Positions 11,383 to 24,575 of a stretch of 64,000 nucleotides of DNA are shown in pieces. The notes beneath the pieces were generated by a model. The model had not been told where the DNA came from and did no database searches. It worked only from the letters and a program-made list of their open reading frames with translations. A program made the position numbers and the translations under genes. The first letter of the stretch is position 1, and each line of letters begins with the position of its first letter. Source of the DNA: Mobula hypostoma (taxonomy: Eukaryota); the NCBI RefSeq assembly GCF_963921235.1, contig NC_086118.1:18354001-18418000 (forward strand), written 5' to 3'.

Positions 11383-13457
11383 TATGAAGGCCAAGGTACT
11401 ACAAGCTTTCTTTACGACTCTGTCTACCTGTGACACCACTTTCAACAAACTATTGACCTATATTCCCAGATCCCTTTAATCCTCTGCATTCGTTGCTGCC
11501 TTACCACTCACCATGTAAGACCTACCCTGGCTACTCCTCCAAAAGTGCAACACCTCATATGTGATGGCATTAAATTCCATCTGCTATTTATCAGCCCAAT
11601 TTTCCAGCTGTTCCAGATCATGCTGTAAGCTTTGATAGTCTTCCTTGCTGTCCACTACACCCCTTTTCTTGATGTTATTCACAAATTTGCTAATCCAATT
11701 CACCACATTATCATCCAGACCATTGATATGGATGACAAACAACAAAGGACCCGGCACCAATACCTGTGGCACACCACTAGTTACAGGCCTCCAGCCAGAG
11801 AGGCAACAATCTACAGCCATTTGCTGGCTTCTCTGGCAAAGCCAATGTCTAATCCAATTTGCTACCTCATCTTGAATACCATGCGACTGAACCTGCTTGA
11901 CCAACCTCCATGTCCTCTTGGGTTAGTGTTGGTAAGCATTTTTTAAACAAATATGGTGTTTTGCTATCTCCATTTACATTAGGGCAGCCATTTTCTTTCC
12001 ATTTCAGTCTGCACATTATTCTTAGCTCTTGCATATAGTCAAATATTATATGATTTGTTATTCACCTTCAGCCCTTAACACTCTTTCTGGCATGATGAGA
12101 ACAATGCAAGCCATTCAGTTACAGAATGGAAGTGCTGGAGAAAGGTCTACACGAAGCTAATGCTGGCATGATTCACTACATAATAATTATGACAGGAAAC
12201 CTGGCTGATTATCACCAATCTCCCTCACTCTTTCACTACCCTTGGAGCACTGAGACTATTGTTCCCCCACCATCATTTTGGCTGTGATAGGCTAATTCAT
12301 TTTTGGGTAGCCACAGATTTAGAACTTTACTTATCAATAATGGCTCAGTTCCACACTAGTTATTAAATTTATCGAGTAAGTCAGTGGGGATCTAAACTTG
12401 AGTTGATGGACAATGAAAAAACTGCATAGTTTTATAGCAGAAATAGTTATTTTTACAATATTTACAATGAATGTCTTGCTAAAAATCCATTTAGTATCAT
12501 CATGGGGACCAAAATGCAAATGTATTCTATCTGCATCAAAAAAATATAGGCAATGGATCAATACAGTTCCAACTTATTGAAAAACCAAACCAAGCAGAAA
12601 CATTTGAAACAACTTAGACTGATTGCTGAAGATACCACAGATGAGTTTGTGGGTGTAAAATTGCCCAAATTCAAAGTACTTAAATACAGACAGTGCAAGC
12701 TGTAGCAAATAGTTTCCAGCAGGATAATATTACCTTCTTTGCCAAGAAAGCTAAATATTTGGGTAGAAAGGTTAAACAAACAAAAACGCAGGAATTAAAT
12801 ACTTAGCGTGTGATAGCAAAAGGGTAACAAATTTGGGTCTGAGTACAGCTCTATGTATTTGAAGTTAGGACATGCACAGTATGGGCTGCACATCAGTGAG
12901 CCTGTTTCTCTGTTCACGGAGTGTACATCAGCAGGTGGATATCTATTAACATGAAGAATGACATTCAACCAAGCATGAAAACAAATTTGTTTCTGTTTGA
13001 ATGCCTGATTCTTGCTCTTATTGATGCAGTTTACTGTTAGGTATGCAGATAAAAAAAAATATTTATCGCTATCCATTTTCATTACTGGATGATTTCCATG
13101 GTAAGGGAATAATGTATCACTGGATAAACATCTTTAGTGATGGAGCATTAAACAGATTTGACAACTCTCCTTCCAATTTTCCTAACAGATCGCACTATAT
13201 GGAAGCTGCCCAGGTATATTCTCCTGGTTTTCTTGACAATTTTTAACTTCACCCAACATAACTGAAGCCTGTTTTCTAATCATTATGAATTTTTCATGAT
13301 GTTGCTACATTAATATTTGCTTTTGTATTTCTTACATTGTAATTCTGATTACATCATGAGCACATCATTGGCTGTACATCACATTGTGTCTAGCTAAAGT
13401 TTTGGGAGCAGCTGAATTACTCCAACTACTTTCTCTTTATCTTTTCTTAAGGTCCTC

Positions 13458-13998
13458 TCATATATAACCATAAAACAATTACAGCACGGAAACAGGCCAT
13501 CTCGGCCCTTCTAGTCCGTGCCGAACTCTTACTCTCACCTAGTCCCACCGACCTGCACTCGGCCCATAACCTTCCATTCCTTTCCTGTCCATATATCTAT
13601 CCAATTTAACTTTAAATGACAACATCAAACCTGCCTCAACGGCTTCTGCTGGAAGCTCGTTCCACACAGCTACCACTCTCTGAGTAAGAAGTTCCCCCTC
13701 ATGTTACGCCTAAAATTTTGCCCTTTAACTCTCAACTCATGTCCTCTTGTTTGAATCTCCCCCATTCTCAATGGAAAAAGCCTATCCACGTCAACTCTGT
13801 CAATCCCCCTCATAATTTTAAACACCTCTATCAAGTCCCCCTTCAACCTTCTACGCTCCAAAGCATAAAGACCTAACTTGTTCAACCTTTCTCTGTAACT
13901 TAGGAGATGAAACCCAAGCAACATTTTAGTAAATCTCCTCTGTACTCTCTCAATTTTATTGACATCTTTCCTATAATCCGGTGACCAGAACTGTACTC
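13458..13998 (-). mobile_element. CR1 3' fragment
   Basis: ORF 13670-13924 (LERRRLKGDLIEVFKIMRG); tail matches the CR1 piece inside both hAT copies. Confidence 0.9.
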
Positions 13999-14243
13999 AT
14001 GCTAAATCCCTATCAGGACTATGATTAAGACACCTTCCCTTCAGCTTGTAGACCTGCCAGAGATGATATCCATGATATCCTCACCTGAAAGTCCTGTCTT
14101 GCAGTGTCAAGTGTGCCTGACCCTTCAAAGGCAGAAACAATAAATCTTGCTGTCGGCTTGTGGTTCGCCCAAGGTTTATAATTCCAAAATTAATATCCAT
14201 TCAGGCTTGAGTAGTATTGTAACTCCAGTCAAGGGTTCTAGCT

Positions 14244-14450
14244 GGGATGGCACAAACAGAGGGTTGTCCTGCTGCCTTGTAGTTCCAACAATCAGAATTC
14301 AATTATCTTTTTTGTCCGTATAGAGTTTGCAGGATCCACTTACGATCGTGTTGGACTACCCATTTCCTCCTACTTCTTAAATATGTGCTGATTGACAGTT
14401 CCATTGACCACTAAGATTGTGTGACTGTGTAGGTGAGTAATAGAATATTC
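14244..14450 (+). mobile_element. Highly decayed V-SINE-like element
   Basis: tagagtttgc..tttcctcc.acttcttaaatatgtgctgattgacagttccattgaccactaa resembles the V domain. Confidence 0.4.
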
Positions 14451-14929
14451 TGGAACAGACTTTGCTGATTTGTTGCAGCATGTGGAGACAAAAGGATGCA
14501 GGGACAATTGTTGGAAGAGGTGCTCACATTCACCTCTATCCTCCCAGATTGTAAAAGATACTAGGAATGGAGTAAAGCTGGGTATACATGCACCACAGAC
14601 ACACTACTGCTCAGTATAACTCTCATCTCTATGAGATGCCATAGGTTTGATGGGTGAAAAAGGTTTCCTTACAAATATGAAGACTGACCCAACCCATTGT
14701 ATTTGTAGAGATCACGATGGAAAATTCCATAGATATTTTCATCTTTTAAAATAATTAGCACAAAAAAAAAATCTTTGGCTAAAAGGCCAAGACTTCCCAA
14801 GATACGTTTTCAATGAGTACCACTCCACACACATGGAAAGCATCTTAATTGCTAGAAAAACCTAAAAACTTATCCATTCATCTACAAGTATCCTTCTGGT
14901 TATTTGGTGCTGTGGGAATGGATTTTTAT

Positions 14930-15200
14930 TTTTTATTTTTATGGAGTAGAGGCCATTCCAGCCGAATAAACCATTCAGATCAACAACCCACCTACATAAC
15001 CCTAGGCTAGCCACAGGACAATTTACAGCGAACCATTAACCTAGTAACTGGTACAAGTTTGGAATGTGGGAGGAAAACAGGACACCCAAAAGGAACCCAC
15101 ACTTTCACAGGGAGGATGTATAAACTCCTTACAGGTGGCATCAGAATTGAACTCCCAACTCTGACACCTAAGATGTAATAGCAGCACGAGGACCTCTCCG
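14930..15200 (-). mobile_element. V-SINE-like tRNA SINE
   Basis: Reverse complement reads gttcaattctgatgccacctgtaaggagtttatacatcctccctgtg..gtgggttcc..tttcctcccacattccaaa..ttaatggt, with an A-rich tail. Confidence 0.75.
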
Positions 15201-16069
15201 CTAATATCGCAATCCATCTGTGTAGGAGTTCTTGAGCAGATATTGCATCAATCTTTGTCAATTGGTTAGCAGCATACTGAAATGCGAGGCAGAATCAGAT
15301 CAGGTTTATTGTCATTGACATACAAGATATTGTGAAAGTTGTTTTGTGGCAGCAGTATTTGGTTATCTGATGATAGAAAACATTAGCAACTATAGGTCAA
15401 TTCTACCTATTCTTCTCAAGAGCATACTGCATTTAAACTGTCACATGACAAATTACCAGTTGGCTCCTAACCTCTGATATTACTGTGCAGTCTTAACAAC
15501 AAGTAAATGGGTTTGCATAAATTCTTTTATTTGCTATTTTCTGGAAGGATTATGTATGTTATTTCAAATAAAGAAATAAAGACCTTCTTCAATGTACACA
15601 TGAAGGAATTTTAACAGAGATGTGGGGACACATTTTAAAATCAGAAGTTTAAGGGAGGATGAAAACACATTAATTTCTGAATGTTTAATGGAATCCAGCA
15701 ATGAAGTCAGGAGCCAGAGTTACTCTAACACATTTTTTAAAAACTTCATACTTTTGAATTATCTATAGTTTTCCACTTTTAAGAAGGCAGAAAAGATTCT
15801 TCTACGAAATCTATTTGATTCCAAAACAAGATTATAGTGATTGTACATTCTGTTTTGTCTCAATTTGAGAACAAAAACACTTGAAGGACTTAAAAGTAGG
15901 ATTTTTTTTTGTAATTTATTTTTTATTGAAGTTCATCATCAAACAAAACTTTCCATAAGAAGTATTTCAGATACTGTACATATATATTTTTATATATTTT
16001 TTAATATATTTTTTGATGTTTTATAAAGAAAACTATATACAGTTAATTATCAATGATAACATCACCATC

Positions 16070-16410
16070 CCTCTGGAGAGAAAAAAGCTTGAGGAATGAC
16101 CTTATAGAAGTTTATAAGATCATGATGGGCAGAAATTGAAAACTACAGAGCATAGGTTAAACACTTGAGAGGTAAGATTTAAAGGGAATCTGAGGGGCAA
16201 GTCTGAGGGTGGGTAGGTATATGGAATGAGTTGGCAGAAGAAGGAGAGACAGGTGCAACTGCAATATTGAAAAGATATTTGGGCAGGTATGTGGATGGGA
16301 AAGGATTGGAAGGAGACAAGTTAAGTACAGGCAAATGGGACTAGCCTATTTAAGCACCTCTGTCAGCATAGCTGGGTTCAGCCGAAGGGTCTGCTTCTGT
16401 AATGTATTGA
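16070..16410 (+). mobile_element. Decayed CR1 3' fragment
   Basis: gaccttatagaagtttataagatcatg..gggacta..ggccgaagggtctgcttctgt-like 3' hairpin. Confidence 0.8.
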
Positions 16411-17129
16411 CTTGCCTTTATAGAAGGTTGATTTACAAAGGTCTCATGAGTAGCCTCTTGAATCTGCCAATAAATGTCCTATTAGTATCATTGAATGACA
16501 GAATTATACCTGTTAGTTTTGGAATCTAACTAATTATTGTGATGCCCCATCATTTAAGCAATGTCCATAGATTTATAGACTTCTAGCTCTAAGAAACAGT
16601 CAGTAGGATGGAAGATCATAAGGTCTCAGCTACATGATTTTTTTTGTTCAGTCCTGATTTTATTTTTCATTGATCAATTATAACATATAAAATTCTACAA
16701 ACAAAGCAGAACTGCAAACCAGTTATTTTCTCAGAATGTAATGCCTCTTTGTTATCACTTTCCTTGAAAGTGCGAGATAGTGCCCTATGAAGTTAAATAT
16801 ATATATAGGCACAGACCTACTATCTTAACACTCAGCTTCAGGACTACATTAGTAACCTTTTTTTAAACCAGGAACTAATTTAATATGACATTGACCTTTG
16901 AGTGCTGCTGCCAGATGTCAACAAAATTAGGTATTCTGCACTGAAATTCACATCTCCCTCAAATTTATATTCAATCAATTATTCTATTAAAATTAAAATC
17001 CCCGTGAGTTTGCTCCCTTACGTCATGAGAAGGTGAAATCACATCTTGCCTGTTTATCACTTGGAAAAACTGACAGATCACGCTTCGTTCTATGTGGCTC
17101 ACAACAAGAATCTTGTCATGTAAAACTTA

Positions 17130-17525
17130 CTACTCTGCCCTCACTCAAGACTTTCCCCATTTTCTTAAGTTTGACAGACAGGTAAACTTCAGTCCCGCGT
17201 AGTTGCAGTTTGAAGGCGGTTCTATTATTCACCAATGTGTTACAGTATGCAAACATCTGATGTAAAAAGATAGTACTTCTCGACATTCTCATGAAAAGTA
17301 GATTCAAATATTGATTGAAATTCCATCAACTTCTAACGAACGAATGAATATACGAGCGATTATATAATAGCCAAGATAATATCGAAACTTAGCTGATTAA
17401 CAACGCTATAATAAGTACTCAACACCAGCTGTGAACTTACAAGTAAGCAGTGATAAAATAACAAACCACATCAGGAAGGACTTTAGTATGCCTGGTATCT
17501 GTAAAAGGTGCCACCAACTGGGCAC
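17130..17525. repeat. Unclassified approx. 400-bp segment, copy 1 (diverged direct repeat of 20310-20730)
   Basis: Shared blocks ggtaaacttcagtccc.cgtagttgcag, ctgatgtaaaaaga, gtagattcaaatattgatt, agctgtgaacttacaagtaagcagtga, aaaccacatcaggaaggac, gtaaaaggtgccaccaactgg. Confidence 0.85.
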
Positions 17526-17755
17526 AGAGCTTTCACATAAAACATTAACATGTTAGAATCAATGCTTCTGATCAATTAAATAGCACTGTCAAATACTAAA
17601 GAATAATAAGACCATCAAATGGATTCGAAATACAGGAGTAAAATCTTGTCATTCAAGAGTGATCACTAACCAAATTTTGAAATATGTGAATTAGATCATA
17701 TCCAATATACTACAGCGAATTCAAAACAAACCTAGAATCTGTACGAACTTAAAAT

Positions 17756-17978
17756 ATTAGATTAGATTAGATTATGAGGACACTCAGTCCTCGTTTATTG
17801 TCATTTAGAAATGCATGCATTAAGAAATGATACAATGTTCCTCCAGAGTGATATCATAAAAAAAAAGGACAAAGCAAAGACTAACACTGACAAGACCACA
17901 TAATTATAACATATAGTTACAGCAGTGCAAAGCAATACCATAATTTGATAAAGAGCAGACCATGGGCACAGTAAAAAT
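17756..17978 (-). mobile_element. 3' end of a non-autonomous retroposon with (AATCT)n tail (same family as 45153-45832)
   Basis: Reverse complement of 45605-45832; attagattagattag tail. Confidence 0.85.
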
Positions 17979-18079
17979 AAATTGTTTTCATTTTTACAGA
18001 TTTGTAACCAGAGTTCACGTTTCAATCATTTTTTGACAGTGTATGTTTCCATTCATACTGTTCGTTTTCTTCCTAAGTA

Positions 18080-18990
18080 ATTCCGGGATTTTCTTGAGTC
18101 TGCGTGCAAGTGAAGGAAAGCAGCTGCTTGCTTGCCCAAGGTCATTTGGGAGGCATTGCTGGGGGCTACAGAAGGAGAGAAGTACTACCTGGATGTTTGA
18201 GCTGTCTTGATGGAATCCATTATCCATCACCCTCAGGAAAGAAGGTTATCTATTGCTGGAGCTGGTTTGTAGTCATCCTTGGTATGGACAAAGACAGATT
18301 CACCTATACTTACTGTGTTACTTGTCAAAGCTCTTTGTTGCGAGGTCAAAGTGGGAGAGACAGGAGGCTGGCAAGACTGGCCACAGCTCTCCTTGACATG
18401 GATGCTGCTAAGGCAGGAAGTCATGAGACAGTGGTCATTTTCTGGAGTGCCAGTTCTGAAGATGCTTACAGGTGAAGGTTTGTGTGCACTCCATGATGTT
18501 TGAACATGACTTACTGGCGGACTTTTCCCCACTGACCTCAGTACAGGAAAAGATGGCAACTAGGGAGGAAGGGGATTCACCTCCCTCCCCACCATGCTGT
18601 AAGGACATACTTGTGATGTTCTTCACAGACCAGGGAGGTGGGCTAACATAAGGGCTGCAATGTGTTAGTTGCTGTCACAATCAGAGTACTGGATGACAGC
18701 ATTATAGTCCCTCGCCTGGTAGCTGGTTGAAGAAAAGCAGCAGGAATATATATGGTGCTCTTTGAGGAAGGCCATTCACAGCTCTAGAAGTTTCTTTCTG
18801 AAACCTCTACACTTCCAGAAAGGACGTGGTTTCCAATGCAGAGGGTGCTGCTTGTTATGATCTTCTGATGTTTTAGAATCATCCTTTTGGACAGCATTAT
18901 CCTGAGGAAGAGGAGCCCTTTTTCAGTCTTGATTGGCTGGCCGAAGTCTTCCGTGTCTGCTAGTCAGTGGGTATAAGCATAAGCAGACTA
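18080..18990 (-). mobile_element. Decayed BEL/Pao LTR-retrotransposon gag/early pol fragment
   Basis: Manual translation: HPLHWKPRPFWKCRGFRKKLLEL*MAFLKEHHIYSCCFSSTSYQARD..YSDCDSN*H (degenerate triple Zn knuckle), QHGGE..CTEVSG..SCS, and MDNGFHQDSSN..LSFCSPQQCLPND. Confidence 0.7.
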
Positions 18991-19004
18991 GTCTTGGATA
19001 TAGC

Positions 19005-20212
19005 AGACTGATGTGAGAAACAGAAAGTTGTAATAGTAGGGGATTTCAACTTTCCACATATTGACTGGGACTCCCACACTGTGAAAGGGCTAGATGGCTT
19101 GGAGTTTGTCAAATGTGTTCAGGAAAGTTTCTTAAATCAATATATAGAGGTACCAATGAGAGAGGATGCAATACTTGATCTCCTATTAGGGAACCAGACA
19201 GGTCAGGTGACAGAAGAATGTGTAGGCGAACATTTTGGGTCCAGTGACCATAATGTCATTAGTTTCAAGTTAATTATGGATAAGGATAGGTCTGGTTCTC
19301 GAGTTGAGGTTCTACATCGGAGAAGGGCCAATTTTGTGGAAATGAGAAAGGATCTAGTAAGAGTGGATTGGGATAAGTTGTTTTCTGGCAAGGATGTGTT
19401 CAGTAAGTGTGAGGCCTTCAAAGGTGACATTTTGAGAGTGCAGAGTTTGCATATTCTGGCCAGGATTAAAGGCAAGGTAAACAGGCATAGGAAACCTTGG
19501 TTTTCAAGGGATATTGGTGAACTGGTTAAGAAAAAGAGAGAGGTGTATAGCAGGTGTAGGCAGCGAGGAACACATGAGGTACTTGAAGAGTATAGAAAAT
19601 GTAAGAAAGTACTAAAGAAAGAAATCAGGAAGGCAGAAAGAAGACATGAGTTTGCTTTGGCAGATCATGTGAAGGTAAACCCGAAGGATTTCTACAAGTA
19701 TGTGAAGAGTACATGGATAGTAAGGGACAAAATTGGTCTCCTAGAAGATCAGAGTGGTCGTCTATGTGTGGAGCCTCATTAGATGGGGGAGATCTTAAAC
19801 AGTATTTTTTGCATCAGTACTTACTCAGGTAACTGGCGTAGCGTATATGGAAGGAAGGAAAACAAGCAGTAGTGCCATGGAACATATAGAGATTAAAGAG
19901 GAGGAGGTGCTTGCTGCCTTACAGCGAATAAAGGTAGATAAATCCCCTGGTCTTGACATGATATTTCCTCAGACCTTGAGAGAGACTAGTGTAGAAATTG
20001 CAGGGGCCCTGGCAGAAATATTTAAAATGACCTTAGCCACAGGTGCGGTGCCGGAGGATTGGATGAAAGCTCATGTTGTTCCATTGTTTAAAAAAGGCTC
20101 CAAAAGTAAACCAGATAATTACAGGCCAGTGAGCCTGACATCAGTAGTAGGTAAATTATTGGAAGGTGTTCTGAGAAATTGGATATACAAGTATTTGGAC
20201 AGCCAAGGGCTG
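19005..20212 (+). mobile_element. CR1 ORF2 internal fragment (APE C-terminus, tether, RT start)
   Basis: ORFs 19081-19782 (ILDLLLGN..GSSDHN) and 19847-20233 (KSPGLD..NYRPVSLTSVVGKL). Confidence 0.92.
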
Positions 20213-20309
20213 TCTCCGTTGCCAACATTTTAACTTTATGTCGTGCGGAAGCCTGTGGCGTCAATATCTAATCAATCGTGGACAGATTCACCAGTGAAAG
20301 TTTCTTTTT

Positions 20310-20730
20310 ACTCTTCTGCCCTCATCTCAAGAGTTTCCCCATTCTCCTAAGCTAGGCAAATTGGTAAACTTCAGTCCCACGTAGTTGCAGATTGAAGGTG
20401 GTTCACTAACGTTTTACAGTATACAAGGAGCTGATGTAAAAAGACAGTAATTCTTGGCATTCTCATGATAGGTAGATTCAAATATTGATTAAGTTCCTTC
20501 GATTTCTAACAAAGAGCTTCGAACAGACGAATGAATGTACAAGCGATTATATAAAGGCTGACCTAATGTCAAAGGTAAATTGATTAACAATGTGATAATA
20601 AGTAATTAACAATAGCTGTGAACTTACAAGTAAGCAGTGACATCTAGTAATTAGAAAATAAAATAGCAAACCACATCAGGAAGGACATTAATATGCCTGG
20701 TATTTGTAAAAGGTGCCACCAACTGGACAT
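20310..20730. repeat. Unclassified approx. 420-bp segment, copy 2
   Basis: Colinear with 17130-17525, with substitutions and small indels. Confidence 0.85.
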
Positions 20731-20733
20731 AAC

Positions 20734-21066
20734 ACTTACTTGCTGTCCATTACACCGCTGATGTTTAAGGCAACAACAAAGGTCCTCCAGCCCTATTTGT
20801 CCTTACTGTCACACACAGATATAGAAGAACACTTCATGTTGTTTCCATACAAATTTCAGTCAGGGTTGTTAGACCTAAGCTGAACCCCTGGACCTGGAGG
20901 ACCAGTGGACCACTCTTAGTCTGACCTCTACCTTTTGACTGGTTTAGCATGGGTGACCCTACCAAGAGCCAAAGCACAGGCCCTAACTCTAGCCAACATA
21001 GCCCTCCAGGTCATTGAGGCAAGCAATCCTCCAAACCCTTTGAAAATGTTATGGTTCTCTTCCAGG
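20734..21066 (-). mobile_element. RTE-derived short (internally deleted) retroposon
   Basis: (TAAG)-like tail (acttacttgc) and RTE-type 5' motif cctggaggaccagtggac..ctgacctctaccttttgac..gcatgggtgaccctacca; recognition only. Confidence 0.55.
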
Positions 21067-22492
21067 TATCATGTAAATTGTACCTTGTAAAATTAATATT
21101 TCCTCCTGAAATCCCCACTTTACTTGAAGTTGAGGGAGTCTTTAACAAATAGATTGGAGCCTTTCCCTTATTGTTTAATACCACATATAACCAAAAGTTT
21201 CACTCGTCTCCATTAGCAAATCTTCACTTGTAGTTGTTTGCCAATTTGTTCCAAAGAATTATTAAAGAACTCAGAGGTCAATTAGTGAGAATTATTGATA
21301 CTTACAGGCACAACAATCATCCTTTTCTCATCCTGAAAATTAACTTAACAATAATACATTCTTGAGCTGCAGGAAAGTAGCTAACTATGAAATTCCTTGA
21401 ATGAAATTCAGCTCCAGTGACATCAACAAACTGAACATTAACAGGACCTACAAGTGTGTTATTGTCATTCTATCATCATTGCTAGTAATGCAATTCTACA
21501 ACCATTAATGTTAAAATAAAAACATAAAGATCTCCTAGTCAGTTCAAAGTGAGTAGCATTACTGTTGACCATTAGCTGTTAAGCACAGAGGAGTGAGCCA
21601 GAATGGTGGACAGATAGGGTTTAAATCAAATATATTTAGTTTACCCTAGCCTCTTTTCAAGTGAACACAAATCCACATTATTTAGGTCTGATTATAATTA
21701 CAGGTGATAACTTTATTCATAGAGGCCAATGAATATACTTAATGTAACATATGGAATTATCCAACCATTTGCAACAATGAGTACTCTCTAGAGTTTGACC
21801 AAAGCTACTTAATAATGCAGATGAGTTCCATTTAGTTGATGGTTAAAATGAATCAAGGAGAACTTATTATGGATAATAATTGCCAAACTAACTGAAGCAT
21901 CATTCTCCAGAAACTTGAAAAGCAGAAAAACTCCCCCTCTGTTTTTCCTTTCATTACTCCACAGGGGAAAATATAGGAGCATTCAGTAGGAGATTAAAGA
22001 GATAAAAGGCGATGGTGAAAGCATGAAGAAAATGGATTACATGGTGAGGGTTTAGGTGTGAAACAGTGGACTACTGTGTAAAAGGCTGTGAAGCAGAATG
22101 AGGCAAATGGATAGAGTATATTAAAGAAAAACAAAAATCAGGACATTTCTGTAAATCTACCTGATAAAAACATAAAGATTGACATCCTTGGTGTGAGAGT
22201 TCTTCAGACCTGAATTACTTCATGTCAATCATTCCACTAAAAATTTCCCATGTACATGGGACCACGGTTCTTCTGTCCTGTGTAGATTTCGCTATATGTT
22301 TTGGGAAGAAATATAGACACAATTACTGATATCCAGCGCACTTAGCTCAATGGCACTGTTCAGTCCTTGCTGGAGTGGATGGGTACCATAAATAGTTGTT
22401 TCATAATGATTGTAAATTCAGTAGAACGAAGGAAATGGCTAACATTTATTGCCTTGCATTGGGCACTGCACTGCACATACTCACAACATTTG

Positions 22493-22820
22493 CATATAGA
22501 ACATAGAACATAGAACAGTACAGCACAGTACAGGCCCTTCGGCCCACAATGTTGTGCTGACCCTCAAACCCTGCCTCCCATATAAGCCCCCACCTTAAAT
22601 TCCTCCATATACCTGTCTAATAGTCTCTTAAACTTCACTAGTGTATTTTCCTCCACCACTGACTCAGGCAGTGCATTCTACGCACCAACCACTCTGAGTA
22701 AAAAACCTTCCTCTAATATCCCCCTTGAATTTCCCACCCCTTACCTTAAAGCCATGTCCTCTTGTATTGAGCAGTGGTGCCCTGGGGAAGAGGCACTGGC
22801 TATCCACTCTATCTATCTAT
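22493..22820 (-). mobile_element. CR1 3' fragment
   Basis: (catagaa)n tail plus ggcccttcggcccacaatg hairpin. Confidence 0.88.
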
Positions 22821-23495
22821 AAGTTAGAGCCTGGACATGGTGTTACAGTATATGACCTGTAATCACTCTCTAAGTGCAAATTGTTCAGCAGTTTTAAATT
22901 GAACAGGTGAAGAGGAATATCTCTTTGTTGTTTGCTAGGATTCAGATCATACTTACTTTCCTTAATCCTCTCAATTACTATAGACTCTGAAAATCAATAA
23001 CCAAACTACAGACAAAATCTCAACTCCTGTAGCAATCAGTCTGAAAAAGGATAGGACTTATGGGCCATATATACCTTTTTATAGCAATAACATTAAAACT
23101 TCTAGATGAAGATCATTCAAAGGTACAAAAGGTACAATTGCTTGCAATAATTCAACACTTCATGGGGAGGGATGAATGGGTGATAAATGAACAAAAGGCA
23201 GCAATTTGCAATAAAGCATCATTATTGAAGGAATTATGTTTCAGACCAAAGACAATAGACTTTTCAAATTGCACAGAAAAATCTCATCATAATTCTATGA
23301 CATTTGAAGGTTAATGTTCCATTTCATAGCCCAGCAATAAATGGAGCCTTGCAGTTCTTTCAGTCTACAATCTGCCTTTGTACATTCAAAATCATTGAAG
23401 CATCACTAAAATGTGACACTTTGTTGTTCATGTTACATTGCTAACAGATTGGCAGCTTTATATTACATCAGTTTTCAGACAGAAATATATTGGTA

Positions 23496-23701
23496 CAGGT
23501 CCTCCCCTGATTATGTCAGGGTTCTGTTCATGACTCAAACAGTCTGCATGTCAGAACTGAGACCACAAACCGAGTTCCCACATGGCAGAAGATGCCTGCA
23601 GCCCCACAGCAGCTGGGAACCCCATCCTGCCCATCTCCTAAATGCTCACTTGGATGTACGGCTGTACATTAGCCAAGCATTTGTAAATTGGGGAGGGCCT
23701 G
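23496..23701. mobile_element. 206-bp Tc1/mariner (pogo/Tigger-like) MITE
   Basis: TA|CAGGTCCTCCCC ... GGGGAGGGCCTG|TA. Confidence 0.8.
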
Positions 23702-23719
23702 TATTCACCAAGGATTGCT

Positions 23720-24095
23720 ATTAGGACCATCACTTTTTTGAGGGATATTGATGACTTAGATTTGGGTAAACAAAAGTGATGTCAAAGCAGGACACTAACT
23801 CCAAAAGTGTATTAAATAGTGAGGAGGGGGGTAGCAGACTGTGGGGTAACACAGATAGGCAGGTAACATGGCAAGTTGAAATTTAACTCAGGGAATTTTC
23901 AAGTAACATACTTTGGTCACAAGAATGAAGTAAAGAAATATTAATGAGTGTCACAATTCTGAAGAGGTTGAAGGCAAAGGAAGTGCTGAGTGTGTACATA
24001 CACACATTTTTGAAGGTGATACAATAGTCTTTAAGGCTATTAAAAAGAATCATGGGTTCCTTTTATAGAGGACTGGAATATAAAAGTGTGGCAGT
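23720..24095 (+). mobile_element. Very old CR1 RT fragment
   Basis: attgatgacttagatttggg..aatagtgaggagg..tagagggactggaatataaaagt resembles the CR1 RT C-terminal half. Confidence 0.5.
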
Positions 24096-24575
24096 TGGAC
24101 AATCCACACTAGGGGTGCACTGAAAGAGCTACGTTTTATTCAGGGCGGTGATCGAGATTTTGAAGGCAGAGTTTCATTGCAGTTTCTGATTTGAGGAACA
24201 ACCAATCAGAAAGAAGTAGTGTGTAAAAAGAGCTACCTTTCATCAGATCCGCGTTCAAGATTCATGAAGCAGTGCTTCGAACCAGCTTTCTGTGAGCTGG
24301 ACAATCCTCACCAGGGGTGCATTAAAAAAAGCTTCTTTTTAAAATCAGGACGGCGATCGAGATTTTGAAGACAGAGTTTCGTGGCAGTTTCTCTGATTTG
24401 AGGAGCGAACAATTGAAAGAGGCAGCGCTTAAAAAGAACTATGTTTCAGTCAGGTCCACGTTCAAGATTTTAAAAGCAGTACTTCGAGCTACTTTTTAAT
24501 CAGGATGGCGATTAAGGTTTTGAAAGACTTATGTGGCAGTTTCTGAGTTGAGGAGCGACCAATCAGAAAGAGGGA
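24096..24575 (+). promoter_or_regulatory. Tandem approx. 200-bp monomers at the CR1 5' end (putative internal promoter array)
   Basis: tggacaatcc..aggggtgca starts at 24096 and 24298; third partial unit from about 24488; each has gtttctga.ttgaggarc.accaatcagaaaga (CCAAT box; degenerate in unit 2). Confidence 0.65.

Larger units (their letters stand above)
8541..11910 (-). mobile_element. 5'-truncated CR1 (RT region to 3' end), interrupted by Tc1 at 9144-11382
   Basis: ORFs 8827-9084 (QVWSP..IERVQRKFT) and 11584-11904 (WRPVTSGVPQ); tail atagagtcatagaa; sequence is continuous across the Tc1 TA site. Confidence 0.88.

Noticed and set aside
15900..15990. Possible L1-type 3' end (poly-T with tttatt)
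   Set aside because: Too short, no TSD or coding support
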